DNA from: Octopus sinensis
Taxonomy: Eukaryota
Length of the DNA: 64,000 nucleotides
Direction of reading: 5' to 3'
Assembly (NCBI RefSeq): GCF_006345805.1
Contig: NC_043017.1
Span: forward strand, 27,094,001 to 27,158,000
Of this stretch, positions 42,124 through 56,170 are shown piece by piece. Positions within the stretch are counted from its first letter, which is position 1. Every line of letters begins with the position of its first letter. The notes under the pieces were generated by a model. That model did not search any database. It was not told the DNA's origin and saw only the letters and a program-made list of their open reading frames with translations. The position numbers and the translations under genes were made by a program.

Positions 42124-43201
42124 CATACATACATAGTCAGAGATTGGGATAGACGTACCCGTTATACCACCGGTATATTACCTATATTTCACCTTGGACA
42201 TTCACATGCAAGCATATTATGATCATAAATTGGAGGTAAAGACAAGGATAAATATGAGATTATCAAGAATCAAAAGTCAAAGTAAATAAAAAATGGACAA
42301 ATATTGAAGAACAACAATTGACTTACATCAATTATTATTCGAGTTTTTACTAGGTGAAAGTTGAACTCGACACAAATCACACGCAACATTATATTCATCG
42401 CTGTAGTAGTTGAAGCGATACTTAACTACAATTGCGAAAAATATAATAAGCAGAACTACGTTATGTTTTCGTTTGCAATATAATCGGTCGGATTCAATAT
42501 TAAGTGTGTCTCTAAACATAACGCTAAATATTCTGTCTAGACAAAATAACAGTTATCATCTAATAATTGTTCCTACTTTAGAATGTTACATAAAATGCGT
42601 TACAGTGTAAGTAAGGCAGGTCACAGCTACTTTTGTTTTTGTTATCTATTTATATCCTACCATAACGGACTGCGTTTAGATATTGTCTTCGGAGATATTA
42701 CGACAGGATTAGTTAACTGCAAATATATAATAAAAAAAAATTGTATGAATAAAATTGTATGTCAACAGATTTATGAAATAAAAGCAAAAATAAGTTATGC
42801 AATATTATACAATTTCGGGAGAAGCAATTATTTCTACTGAAAAAGAAAGCGAATACACAGTTCAATCTGCTTACACAAATATGTTAAGATTGTTTAGCAA
42901 GTGCTGGCGAACTGAGATTGAGAATCTAATAGATGACGGAATTCTCCTCATTTACGTATATGCATTACTCTGATGCTAATCGAGGTAAAAATAAAAAAGA
43001 AAACAGCCAAATGCAAAACAAAAAAAGAGTAAATATAGCAAATATTAAGCTTAAGTATTCTCCATAAATTGTTTTTATTGTAGAAAATATTGGTGGCAAT
43101 CAGTGGGAAGCGAGGAAAATGTATTGTCACGTAATAACATAGATATTTTATACTATATATATATGTATATGTGTGTGTTTGTATTTATGTCTGTCTGTCT
43201 G

Positions 43202-43233
<32 letters not shown>

Positions 43234-43236
43234 TAC

Positions 43237-43279
<43 letters not shown>

Positions 43280-43537
43280 GTATATACACACACACACATA
43301 TATATTATATATATATAATATATATATATACATATACATATATATATATAACATATATAACACTATATATTCACAGAAATATATATGGAATGAGAGACGG
43401 AAAGTGAAAATGAAAGAGAGAAAGAGACCATATATATCTATGTATTTCTCTTTATCTCTATTCACACACGCACATACACATACAATATATGTATATATAT
43501 ATACATTATATGCATATAGTCTATGTCTTCTTTTCTT

Positions 43538-43592
<55 letters not shown>

Positions 43593-43625
43593 CGTACAAT
43601 CTACCTACCTATCTATCTATCTATG

Positions 43626-43658
<33 letters not shown>

Positions 43659-43663
43659 ATATC

Positions 43664-43697
<34 letters not shown>

Positions 43698-44434
43698 TTA
43701 GATATTCTTCATGAAACCATATGGAAAATTATATGAATATTTACGTGTTTGTATATAGATATTATTACTTATATACACATAGACTTAAAACCGTATCTTC
43801 ATACATATGCTTATGATGCACACATACATGCATTTATATAGCGGAACAAAGGTACTCAGTTAATACAAACATATAGACACACTGCTAATAAATTTGAATC
43901 CTTTATTATGTTATGTGGTTGTGTTCTGCGTCTAAGTGTGTGACTGAGAAACGTGCACGTGAATAAATTCATATAAATTTACTAAAAGAAACGCTATATA
44001 CTTGTGGTTTTTTTTTTGTTGCTATCAATCACAATTCATTTGCCTGATTGATGCAAAAAGAATTTGCTGGGAAAAAAAAAACAGCAGTAAGACAAAAACG
44101 TTGATCAATATCAGTGATTGTGCAGAAATATGTAAAATAACCTATAGTTAAACCGAGCGTTGAATCCGTAGTCTTAGCTGTTTTACGTTGCCAAATGTGC
44201 TTGTGAGTTAAATAGTGTTGGCAATATGTCAGCACGAAAACAAATAACACATAACTAATTGCGTAAACTTTCTCAAATATTTATGTATGTCTGAATGTAT
44301 CTAAATACCTGCAGAGAACCTTTTTTTTTTTTCAGTCTGGTTTTAACAAAAAGGTTTTAGAGAAAGTCTGAAAACTTTTGTAAAAGTTAAGAAAATTGAA
44401 CATGGCAGGGATTTTGATATCACATTATATACAT

Positions 44435-44855
44435 AGGCGCAGGAGTGGCTGTGTGGTAAGTAGCTTGCTAACCAACCACATGGTCCCGGTTTCAGTCCAA
44501 CTGCGTGGCACCTTGGGCAAGCGTCTTCTGCTATAGCCCCGGGCCGACCAATGCCTTGTGAGTGGATTTAGTAGACGGAAACTGAAAGAAGCCTGTCGTA
44601 TATATGCATATATATGTATATGTGTGTGTATGTGTTTATGTGTCTGTGTTTGTCCCCCTAGCATTGCTTGACAACCGATGCTGGTGTGTTTACGTCCCCG
44701 TCACTTAGCGGTTCGGCAAAAGAGACCGATATAATTAGTACTGGGCTTACAAAGAATAAGTCTTGGGGTCGATTTGCTCGACTAAAGGCGGTGCTCCCGC
44801 ATGGCCGCAGTCAAATGACTGAAACAAGTAAATGAGTAAAAAAACGAGTAAGAGT
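44435..44855 (+). mobile_element. SINE family A, full length
   Basis: Intact head and tail. Confidence 0.95.
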
Positions 44856-47148
44856 ATACAGGCACACAGACACAAACAGTGGTACACACAATCACATACA
44901 CATCTATACATACACACACACATATATTGATTCAAAATTGTTGGCATGTGGTCAGCAATTTTGGGGGTTGGGATCAATCCATTTTATCGATCCCCAATGC
45001 TCAGTTCGTGGTTAATTTACCGACTTCAGACGATGTAAATCTAAGTCCACATCAGCACCATTTGAGCATTGAACGTAACAACGTGTATATGTGCGTATAC
45101 GTAGTATTCGATCTGGTTTTATTTAAGAAAGGCTACAATTTACTTCGTATCCACATTCTCGTGAAATTTCTGTCGTTATATATTACTAATTGGAACAAGC
45201 ATACAGGTGGGAATATCTCGAGTTATCTTATGAGGGTAAAATTCCTGATTGATTGAAAGAATAAACTAAAATAAGTGATTGATATTTTGAGACGTACGAT
45301 GATTTAGAAACATTATAATAACAGCGTGATCGACAGAAGAAAACGTAGGTTTATTTAGATAAATAGAAATGAATATAGTCTAAAATAAATAAATAATTAA
45401 GAGGTGTATTACATTTTCGAATGTGAAAGAAAATGTATCTAGATAAAAGTAACGAGGAGTAATCCTGAAGAAATAAACGATTCCTTAAGTAGTAATTACC
45501 ATAGAAATTTCTCGAGATTTCTGAGTTTAAAGATGTGTGAGGCAGATAAAGTAACGCAAAACAAAAATTTGGTTAAAATGGTTGATTTACCAGAGTATTT
45601 GGTACAAAAGCGTCTGGCACTTAGTGCATAAGATTATGCACATTCTGCATATGTAGGATTACATGCGCTGTATTTTTTGCTACATAAATCTTCAATATTC
45701 AAACAAGTGTTGCTGTTATATAAAACTTTGCGTCAGATATATCTTTAAAATCATTAAATAACTGAGCGCAGGTAGGTAAGAAGGGTCTGTATTGTTAATG
45801 AGGGTCGATTTACCACGCTGTCTCCATTACATCAGTATTATACAAGTAGAGTAACGTATGGTGAGCAAGTAGGGCATATATCTGGGAGAAAAGATTCATG
45901 AATCCAGCCATGAATCCATGTATATATTGTCCTTGCCTCATGAGGCGGCGAAGTCTTATTTAAGACTTACGTTTTTTCCGTTATGTGCTCTGTTTATCCA
46001 GGTCCCCACAATTTTTCCACTACCTCTCTATAAACAGCAGCTACATGTGAAAAGAACTAAGGAGAACTCCATCAGACCTCCAACGTAGTTGATGATATCT
46101 GGAACCATCACAGTTGCTGGGAGCTTATTATGCGTAACTGCTGGAACTCAGTAGGGCTCAGCACATACATCTGCCCTTCCTTCAGCTTACATTTAGTCCC
46201 TGATCGAAGCCTTCGTCATCGAAGTAAAATCAAAGAATTTCTAGTCACTTTTTGCCTTAACTTGTTTCACAAGCGTGTTTGCACGAATCGAACTATCCGT
46301 TCATGCGACATCCGATATAATCTGAATATTCCCCATCACATTCGATTTGTAACTGATCTCAATATACGCAGTCCTTCTCAAGGTGTATTATAAAACTTTG
46401 AGGGCCTTTGTGATGACACTTTATTAAAAGACCGGAATTTTTATCGATTATTTATTGGATTTTATATATTTTGTGATTGCATAGGAAACTTGCGCATGTT
46501 TTGCATTTAGACGAAGCGGTCGGATACTCGTCAGTAGTTAACAGTTTCATTCGCAGTTAGACAACGAAGGATCGAGCATCCTTCAAGAAATGAGCTATTT
46601 CTCTCTAACACTATGCTGCCTTTTGAGCGTTTGCTTTCATTTGATGAGGGAACATAAAGTCTGACATTTTTATCAATAAATATAGCGAAAATGTTCTAAG
46701 AAATAGTATTTCGAAAAGGAGTACATATCTTTGCGCGTGCGTGTGTGTGTGTGCACGCGCACGCGTGTATGAGTGTGCTGACCTCTGTTCGAGTATGTGT
46801 GTACGTTTAAGTCTAAATAGTTGCGTGTATTTCGCCATACATAGAAATAGTGATGAACAGAGTACAAAAGTACAGAATCGACAAACACACAGACCACACA
46901 CACTCACAAACATGTGCGCGCGCACGCACAGCAGTATTTATGTATGTATATATATATATATTACATTATTAACCGAAGACTGTGGTTTCATTATTCTTCT
47001 TATTTTTTTGCCATGTGTGAGTTATGTCTGTGGAGACTTACTTTGTAGTAAAAGGAAATAGTAGTCTTTTGGCTGCTATTTCTAAAATTTTCGGTATGTG
47101 GTTAAGCAACTTGTGGCAAAAAACCCTTATTTTTAGAAATATATATAT

Positions 47149-47190
<42 letters not shown>

Positions 47191-48269
47191 ATATATTCAT
47201 ATAATCTTGTTGGGTGTTTTGTGAACCTGTGCACACACACACACATACACACACTCACATATATACATATACTTATTAATGTATGTGTGCGTGAGCCTGC
47301 GTGCGCTTGTTGTTGTGTAGCTACATCAAAATACAATTTGTGATTCATGTGTTCTTGCTTCCTGTATCAGTTATTTTCGTTTGTAAAATCATTGTGGTTG
47401 TTTAATAGGTTTCTACTGCATATGTAATTGGCAATTTACTTGATGTCCATACGTTAAGGTCAGCATGTCAGGAATATTTTCATATATTTGAAAATCTCTA
47501 TGAAGAAGTTTAACACCATTGTCTAAACGTTCCATGAATAATTCATTTCTAGTTATAGAACCGAGACGCCTGAAGATCTGTGTGATGTAATTTCGGTCCA
47601 TGTGGAATCGATTCAACTTAACATTCAATAAATGACACCTGACGTAACGTATAACACACGCTGAAGATTATATTGTGACAACAACAAGACATATGCAGTC
47701 ACGTATATATCATACAAACAAAGAGAAACTCATGTGAGATTCAAATATTATCCACATTAAACCAGACTATCTTGTCACAGAGGCGAGCCGAAGTTTAACA
47801 TTTCCTGTTTAAAAGGTCGATTTTATTTAAACAAAGAACTGACTTCCTTTGCAGGATATCTACACTTTTGAACAAAATGCGATGGAAAATGATTGATGTT
47901 TTTATTTTTTTTATTTTGGACAATTTTATTAATTGGTGATTAACAATGATTGGGTAGTGTTCATTATATCAATATACATTCACAGAGATCGAAAATAGGT
48001 CATTCATTTATCCTATCTGATGGTACCCCACAGATAGCACATGTTGTCACACAAGTAATTTATGGCAGTGAGCGCATAGATGCTTGTAAATGATGCAGGA
48101 AAAAACTCGCCTTTTTGCATAGTGGTTGAATTATAATATAGTGGCCTACCTATTGCATTGAAGACGTGTAGCTTGGGGAAGTTGAAATGGTGAAATTATC
48201 TGGTGAGAGGACACACACATACACATTTATGCAGGTATATATGTATATATACATAGATTCAAGTATATA

Positions 48270-48545
48270 TGTTGGTTGCCCCCCTCGTCATCGAGTATGG
48301 CCAATGCATGAAGCTTAATCAATGTGGATATCGTGTAATGCCTGTGCAAGAAGATTTTTCTTAAAGAGAGGAAAGGCTGTGTACTGAGTCAATCCCACTC
48401 ACTAAGCAACAGCAGCCATAATCCGAAAAGAAGAACAAGCCAACATCATCGGTAACCACTGAGCCACAGGTTTAATGTCGGAGTTATCCCAGTTACCTGA
48501 GTTATCTTCTCCTAGAAGGATGCCCTAATAAAGGCTAGGTGTCCT
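48270..48545 (-). mobile_element. Short non-coding RTE-derived element (5' leader joined to a 3'-like end)
   Basis: Minus strand tagcctttattagggcatccttctaggagaagataactc resembles RTE 5'-UTR motifs (from recall). Confidence 0.45.
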
Positions 48546-48639
48546 TCACTCCCAATAGTTTAACTGCGCAATCGCGTATTCATTTCGATTATTTCTATGT
48601 CTCAGTGCATGATACAGCCTTAAGACATTGATTGGATAG

Positions 48640-48900
48640 CCGTTAACTCTCAAGAGATCCTCCGCTCTTTGACGGGTTTTGTTTTTCATCCTGCAGGTGT
48701 CCAATAAACACCCACCTCACCAAGCAAGTTTGGTGGGGTTGCCGGTTTAGTCGCCGACTCGGGTACAATTTTGCCGACATCGATATATACAACACAAAAG
48801 TGAATGACGGACGGAAGTAAATTTTCCAGGTACATTTCCATCGGCTTCTCCTGTCGACCACTGGCGCACAACAGAGGTCCAAAAGGCTCCTATCTATTCA
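48640..48900 (-). mobile_element. LINE 5'-leader fragment related to 23858-23967
   Basis: About 110-nt alignment including cttgcttggtgag and aaaaac.aaccc. Confidence 0.6.
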
Positions 48901-50886
48901 TATAAGACTTCTGGGATTCCACAAAAGCAACAGAGTAGAATGATCAGAGAATGATCAGTTTAGCATTTTTGGAAGCTCCATGATGAAATCTTTTAACAGC
49001 TTTACATATTTCTGACTATAGAAGCATGTTCGTTCTGCAATTAGTCTTAGAAACCTTCACAAAATAAGGCCTGAAAAGCAAATTAGGAATGTTATAAGAC
49101 ACATACAATAGACATACAAAATGGCTGACGGTTAGTAAAGAGAGACACAAATAAGAAAGAAGAAAGCAAAGGACCACTGATGCGGTCAGAGGAGTGTGAC
49201 GAAAGAACTCTGGCCGAAATAAGATTAAGTTTAATATAAAAAATAAATAACACTGAAGCAAAATAACACTGAAGCAAAATAACACCAAATATATAGTGCG
49301 TGTGTTTTTATTGGCTAAACTGGCTAAAAATGACCATTCCGAAATACAACAATAATTTTATAAGAGATATCTATAAAATTGGTACAGTAATGTCAGTAGA
49401 GAGCTTTTCAAATGCAGTTGCTATATGCATGACTGTCACGACTATGTGGTCGTCTAGAACCACAGCGGTCGCTCCAGCACCTTTAGCAGCTGACGCAATT
49501 TCTTCGGGAAAGGATCCATAGTTTCTCGAGACAGACTATATGTTATATATCTATAAAACCAGTTTTTAGACATCAATATGCTCTGAAGCTCCACCGAATA
49601 AAAAATTACTGAAAGTGTTCTAGAGCTATAAAATGGTTGAAAACCACTGTTTGTTACTAAATTTCTATATGGAAATGCATAGGTGCGTCATTTTAAATCA
49701 TTTGAAGCCATTGTATAAGAATGGCGCTCAATACTCCGTTAGTGGTATTTGAATAACAACAACCGCGTTGTATTTTAGAAAGATTGTGTAGGCATATATC
49801 CTTCTGTTTGCATATTATATTAGTATAATATACGCGTTATCTTGTCGCATATTCGCCTTAAACTCTTATCTTTTGAGATTGCCACTTAAACGTTTATTAA
49901 CCTAGCAACAACTATTATCACTGTAATGTGAATTTGTAATCGGTGTAGAGAAGTAGCGGATTTCACGGCTGTGATATGGACATATGTGTCTCTTAATTTA
50001 AATTGTAAACTTACATACATTTGTACTGCAGTTGAATTCTGTACTGTATAGGATTCTTCTTTATCGTTTCTGACCACGTCACTTCACTACATCAAGCCTT
50101 CCACATAAATTGTGTTATTTAGTACAGAAATAAACAGAAGTATAGACGACTTGTCTACTCTGAATATCATTTTTATATCTGAGTTCCCATTTATAGAATC
50201 CAATGTCATTGTTTTCCTTTTGAGGAATTATAAAAGTTTTTTCTTAGATTCGAGGGGTATTTTTGTTCGTATTCAAACGTTCTTAAGAATTGTTTTCTTT
50301 TCTATTTCTCTAAGTTCGTTGCGCTTTTTACGATATTTTTCTACCCATTTTCAGATGTGATGGATTTAATTTTTTGATTTATTTATATATTCACCCTAGA
50401 TATTCTTAACTCATTAGAAGCTTGTAAACAATGACGTAATTACTCGCAAGATCTGATATAAAATATCAGACCTCATCATGGTCTAATCCAGTCAACATAG
50501 ATTTGGATGCTTGATTTAGTATCTCTCTTGCCATCAATTAATTAGCTGCGATATGTCAGTCATAATCTCTTAAAATCATTCCATAACCTAATGACGTAAA
50601 CATTAGTATCATTTTCTTTCCGTTTCTTTGGCAGGGCAAAAACGGAACATCTACGCCCATTGTACTTCCTGCAATAATTTCGGTTAGGGGTGTAATGAGA
50701 GAAAATTACTTCCTGTATTAACTGAATTACAAAATATAATCAAAAGCATGGAGCCAAAAATAGAAAATGTATAAACACTGCAAATAGTTTCTGGATACCT
50801 TTTACAAAGTTTGAGTTTATTATCATGTAGAAAAATTACGTATGCATTTGTATTCACTAAATTGTATTTCAATAATATCTGGTAGA

Positions 50887-51637
50887 AAGGTGGTGAGCTG
50901 TCGGAAGCATTAGCACGCCAGGCGAAATGCCGAGCGGTATTTTGTCTGCTGTTACGTTCTGAGTACAATTTCCGCCGAGGTCGACTTTGCCTTTCATCCT
51001 TTCGGGGTCAATAAATTAAGTACCAGTTACGCACTGGAGTCGATGTAATCGACTTAATCCCTTTGTCTGTCCTTGTTTGTACCTTCTGTGTGTAGCACCT
51101 TGTGGGCAGTAAAGAAATAGGTATTTCTTCTGCCGCTACGTTCTGAGTTCAAATGCCGCCGAGGTCGCATTTGACTTTCATCCTTTTGGGGTCGATAATT
51201 TAAGTACCAGTTACGCACTAGGATCCATATAATCGACTTAATCCGTTTGTCTGTCCTTGTTTGTCTTCTGTGTATTTAGCCCCTTCTGGGTAGTAAAGAA
51301 ATAGGTATATCGTCTGCCGCTACGTTCTGAGTTCAAATCCCGCCGAGGTCGACTTTGCCTTTCATCCTTTCGGGGTCGTTAAATTAAGTACCAGTTACGT
51401 ACTGGGGTCGATATAATCGACATAATCCGTCTGTTTGCCCTTGTTTGTTCCCTCCATGTTTAGCCCCTTGATAATAAATGTTGGCAAGCACAACAGGCGA
51501 AATGCTTAGCGACATTTCGTTTGTCTTTACGTTCTGAGATCAAATTCCGCTGAGCTCGATAAATTAAGTACCAGTTGCGTACTGAGGTCAATCTAATCGA
51601 CCAGTTTCCTCCTCTGCCGAGAGTAGAAAGAATAATA
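50887..51637 (+). mobile_element. SINE family B multimer (head, three ~182-bp units, then a partial re-headed unit)
   Basis: gttctgag core recurs near 50957, 51140, 51323 and 51531. Confidence 0.9.
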
Positions 51638-51789
51638 CCTGGTACAAATCTTACAGTTACAGTACATATCTTTATTCTATCTCTTCTCGGTAATTAAATT
51701 AATTACTTCCACAAAAAAGAGCAGCTACCGCTAATTTCATTTACAAAACAGGATTAATTATAAGAAAGGTATATATATATATATATAAA

Positions 51790-53580
51790 TAATAAATATT
51801 AGGGATATATCCAATTACAGGGAAAAAAAATCAGATTTAGGATTAAATCCCTTTTATAGTAAAATATTATAAATTGTTTGTTAGAGTTGCTAGGGTGAGC
51901 TAAGCTCATAATGTATATAATTGATTTTTCATGATAGTTTTTTAAAGATCCATTCATAATAATTTTTTTAAGTAGCGTTGATTTGCTACGTGGAAATAGT
52001 TTTAGTTTTTCCATTTATTATATTCTCCATTCATACTATGATGACGTTTACTTTCTATGGCGCGTATTCTTTTTTTACATTAGTTATTTCCATGGTAACG
52101 TAATTTTGTTTGGTTTTTTAACGGCTAAAATCTAATTTCACTTCATAATTTGTAACTGAATTGTAAGTATGTATTTGATTTATCCTTATGTCATAATGTT
52201 ATTTTTGATATCTGGTTAATTACGATGTATTTATTGTTGTTTTCATAAGAGTGTTTATGTATATGAGATTGGTTGTGAGTTTTTAATTGTATAATTAATT
52301 TATTTATCTGTATGAGTGTGGGTGTAAATATTGTTGTATATATCGAGTTTTAGTGAGTATGTATATGCGTATATGTGAGGGAGCATATGTATCTGTTGTG
52401 TGTGTGTGTTTTGCGTGTGTGTGTGTTTGTGTGTGAATGTGTATTTGGGTTTGTTATTTAGGATTTGGGATGTATGTGTTAATTTGTCTGTGTGGGGAGG
52501 GAGTGGTTTTTGGTGTATATTGAGGTTTATAAGTTAGTATAGGTTTGTGTATAAGTCTTGGGTCTGTGGTTTACGTGTGGGTTTTTTTGTGTGTGAATGT
52601 TTAGGTTAGGGGGATTGCTATATAAGTTTGTTATAGGGTTTTAGCAAAGGGAGATTTTATCGTTATATGCTTTTATGAGTTTTGGTTTATATCATGGTTT
52701 TTTTTAGGTAATTTGTGGTATTTTGTATATTTTAGGTGTTGGTTATTTTTTACATTGTTTCATTCATAATTTTTGAGTGGTGTTCGTTTTGCCACGTGAA
52801 TAACCGGGTGGTGGACTAGCGTTGCTTGGAATGTGAATGGAATAGTGTAGTAGTGAGGTAGGCATAGAGAATGGGATTGGGTTACTGCAAGTTGTTTGTT
52901 AGAGATGCTAAGGTGAGTTAAAGCTCATAAATGTATAATGTTTTTTGTGGGTGTGTAGTATTGTTGTATATGTCGAGTTTAGTGAGTATGTATAGGCGTA
53001 TATGTGAGGGAGTATATGTATCTTTTGTGTGTGAGTGTTTTGCGTGTGAGTGTGTGTTTTTTGTGTGTGAATGTGTATATGGGTTTTGTTATTTAGGTTT
53101 TGGGATGTATGTGTTAATTGTCTGTGTGGGGAGGGAGTGGGTTTTGGTGTATATTGAGGTTTATAATTTAGTATAGGTATGTGTATAGTCGTGAGTTGTG
53201 GTTTACGTGTGTGTATTTGTGTGTGAATGTTTAGGTTAGGGGGTTTACTTTATAGGTTTGTTATAGAGTTTATAAAGGGAGATTTTATCGTTATATGTTT
53301 TTAAGATTTTGTTTTATCACATGGTTTTTTTAGGGAATTCGTTGTAATTAGTTATATTTTCGATGGGATTATATCTTATATTTTTTCATTTATACTTTAT
53401 TATTTAAATATTATTTTTATATTTTAAAATTTTGATTTTTTAGATTGGAAGTCCCCTGAAGATTGTCGATCAAGACAGAACGATTGTAGTGGCGGTTTTT
53501 TGACTATTTATTAAATTTTATGTATTGATTAAGTCTTTCCTTGTTTGTTTTGCAAAATAGTGGTTTTGTCTCAAATAATA
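51790..53580 (-). mobile_element. Rearranged Penelope-like relic with an internal ~450-bp duplication and terminal repeat
   Basis: C-poor + strand; duplicated block 52318-52770 and 52948-53400; hammerhead-like core at 53456; protein similarity very weak. Confidence 0.5.
53456..53490 (+). ncRNA. Degenerate hammerhead-like core
   Basis: CTGAAGA-t-tgtc(gatcaa)gaca-GAAC-gatt-GTA; one A of GAAA missing. Confidence 0.4.
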
Positions 53581-53583
53581 TTT

Positions 53584-53626
<43 letters not shown>

Positions 53627-54767
53627 TATATAGAGAGAGAGAGAGAGAGAAGAGAGAGACATGTATATATACATACATATATATATTATATATATATATA
53701 TTATATATAATATTATATATATATATATAATATCAACTAGAGATGAGACCTGAAAAGATATCATATATCAAAGATACACAAGTAATTAATTCTATTTCTC
53801 TGTTTCCCATCAGATGTTCTAAAAATAAAATATTTAATGTGTAGATGCTTAAAACTAGAATAACGTCAAACGTTGCTATATTTGAATTTTCTGAGAAGCA
53901 ATACAATCTCAAAAGTCAACTGAATTCAAATCAATATCATTAAATTCAACGAAATAGAAACACTGAGAAAATAAAGCATACTTACATATCAAATTTAAAT
54001 GAAATCCCTAGTGATAAACTTAGTTTCTTTCATATTCTTTTAGCAAAAGTCTTTTGAAATCTAAATGCAAACCAAACAAATACCTACACACAATTAAAAT
54101 CACTAAATTCAACAATAAATTATAGAAATATAATATAAATGTAAAAACTACAAAATTAGGTTAATATTTATCAAAATCAATGTTGCTTTAAATAGGCTTT
54201 CTGCTTTCAATTTTTTTAATAAAATGAATTTCTATTTTTCTATATAAATCATAAACGATATTTCAAGAAACTTAGATATTTCAGCGTATCTTCAATAATT
54301 TGTTTTAAATGATTTTCGCTGGTAACTGTTCTCTCAGTGGATTTTCATGTATAATAATTTTTAATAGTGTCATTATTATCTTTTAATCTCTATAGACTAA
54401 AACTGTGTGTTTGTTTAAATGACTTCAGATTCCATATATAACCTTCTGATCCATTTCCTGATATAGATAAATACAGTTTTACTCGGTATTTATTTCTATC
54501 ACATTTTCCTTCCTACTTCGGAAAATAATATTTTTTATTAATTCAGTTTTGAAATATTTTCCCCCACTTCTTTTTCTATTTCTCTCTATTCCCAATTTTA
54601 TATATCATATTGCTTGTGTTGTCTGTCGGTAGGATTTTATAGGAAAAACAAATCGCTAAGTTTATGGCTACGGAATAAATTACTAAATTACTTGTCTGTA
54701 GATACACGGTTTTCATTTTGTTGGAATGAATTCTGCTAGAAACTTAAGAAATGAATATATACTATCT

Positions 54768-54960
54768 TACTCTTTTACTTGTTTCAGTCATTTGACTGCA
54801 GCCATGCTGGAGCACCACCTTTAGTCGAGCAAATCGACTTAGCGGCATTTCGTCCATCTCCATGCTCTGAGATCAGGTTCCTCAAAGGTCGACTTTGCTT
54901 TTCATCACTTCGGAGTGGATAAATTTATTACCAGCTGAGTAACGGGGCTGATATAATAGA
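54768..54960. mobile_element. SINE A tail (minus strand) fused to a SINE B fragment (plus strand)
   Basis: Junction gcaaatcgact|tagcggcatttcg at about 54840. Confidence 0.7.
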
Positions 54961-55659
54961 CAAATCCTCCTATACCATATTTTACACCGGGTGTCTGTTT
55001 GAGGAAGGGTTATTACTCGTTCTTTCAATAGTATTACCACTAGTAAATGATCAGTCAAATTTACCCTATCTATATTAAGTCCTCCAAACATTAAAATAAT
55101 AGCCAAGGATTAAAATCGACTTAATCGAGAATGTATCGTATACAAACCTACAAACCTTTGATTGAGGTACAAATTATTATAAATTAAAATAGGCAAACAG
55201 TTTGCAATAGTGAAAAAAAAATAGAAATGATACAACGATATTATGCATTATTAAATTCCGCCATTTTATTAGTGAAAAACCCTTTGAGAAATCTATGTCG
55301 ATTCATTCCCTACTTGTGTGGTCAATTAATTTGATATTTACCTAAATTCTCTGTCGATGTAACCAAAGCTTTCCTTCTCCAAAACTGTTGGCTTTCTACC
55401 AAGTATCGAAATTGTTATTAGTGAACAGAGCTGATGTGCTTTTAACAAAACTGATTTGTTTTTATTTTATTAAACGGTTGCCTTATATTAATTTACGATT
55501 CATGTTCTCCTTTGTTGTTGTCTTGTTACGGTAATTTAACAATATTAAATTGATTCAACTTTCTATGTATATTTGTATGTATGATATATAAAATGTTTAT
55601 TTTGTTTCATGTGATTTTTTTCGATATTCATTTTAATTTGAACGTATGAGTAATTATTA

Positions 55660-55699
<40 letters not shown>

Positions 55700-55735
55700 G
55701 TTTCTCTGTCTGTCTGCCTGTCTGCCTGTCTGTCC

Positions 55736-55816
<81 letters not shown>

Positions 55817-55913
55817 GCCATCTACCCTTCTACATATATATATATTTATAAATCACTCTATCCATATATCTACATACCTATTTATCTATCTGTCTATCTA
55901 TCCATCTATCTAT

Positions 55914-55950
<37 letters not shown>

Positions 55951-55982
55951 ATTTATCTGTCTGTCTGACTATCTATTTATCC

Positions 55983-56033
<51 letters not shown>

Positions 56034-56065
56034 ATTTATCTGTCTGTCTGACTATCTATTTATCC

Positions 56066-56124
<59 letters not shown>

Positions 56125-56126
56125 AT

Positions 56127-56162
<36 letters not shown>

Positions 56163-56170
56163 TTGGCTGC
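55660..56170. repeat. (TCTA)n/(TCTG)n compound microsatellite
   Basis: Direct reading. Confidence 0.95.

Noticed and set aside
47413-47628. Minus-strand ORF containing YENIPD as a host exon
   Set aside because: Weak splice signals and no recognisable family
48643-48700. Twister ribozyme (AAAGAGCGGAGG...TAA)
   Set aside because: The required P2 partner and pseudoknot pairings could not be found
49330-49530. GC-richer stretch open on both strands
   Set aside because: No recognisable protein or convincing splice pair
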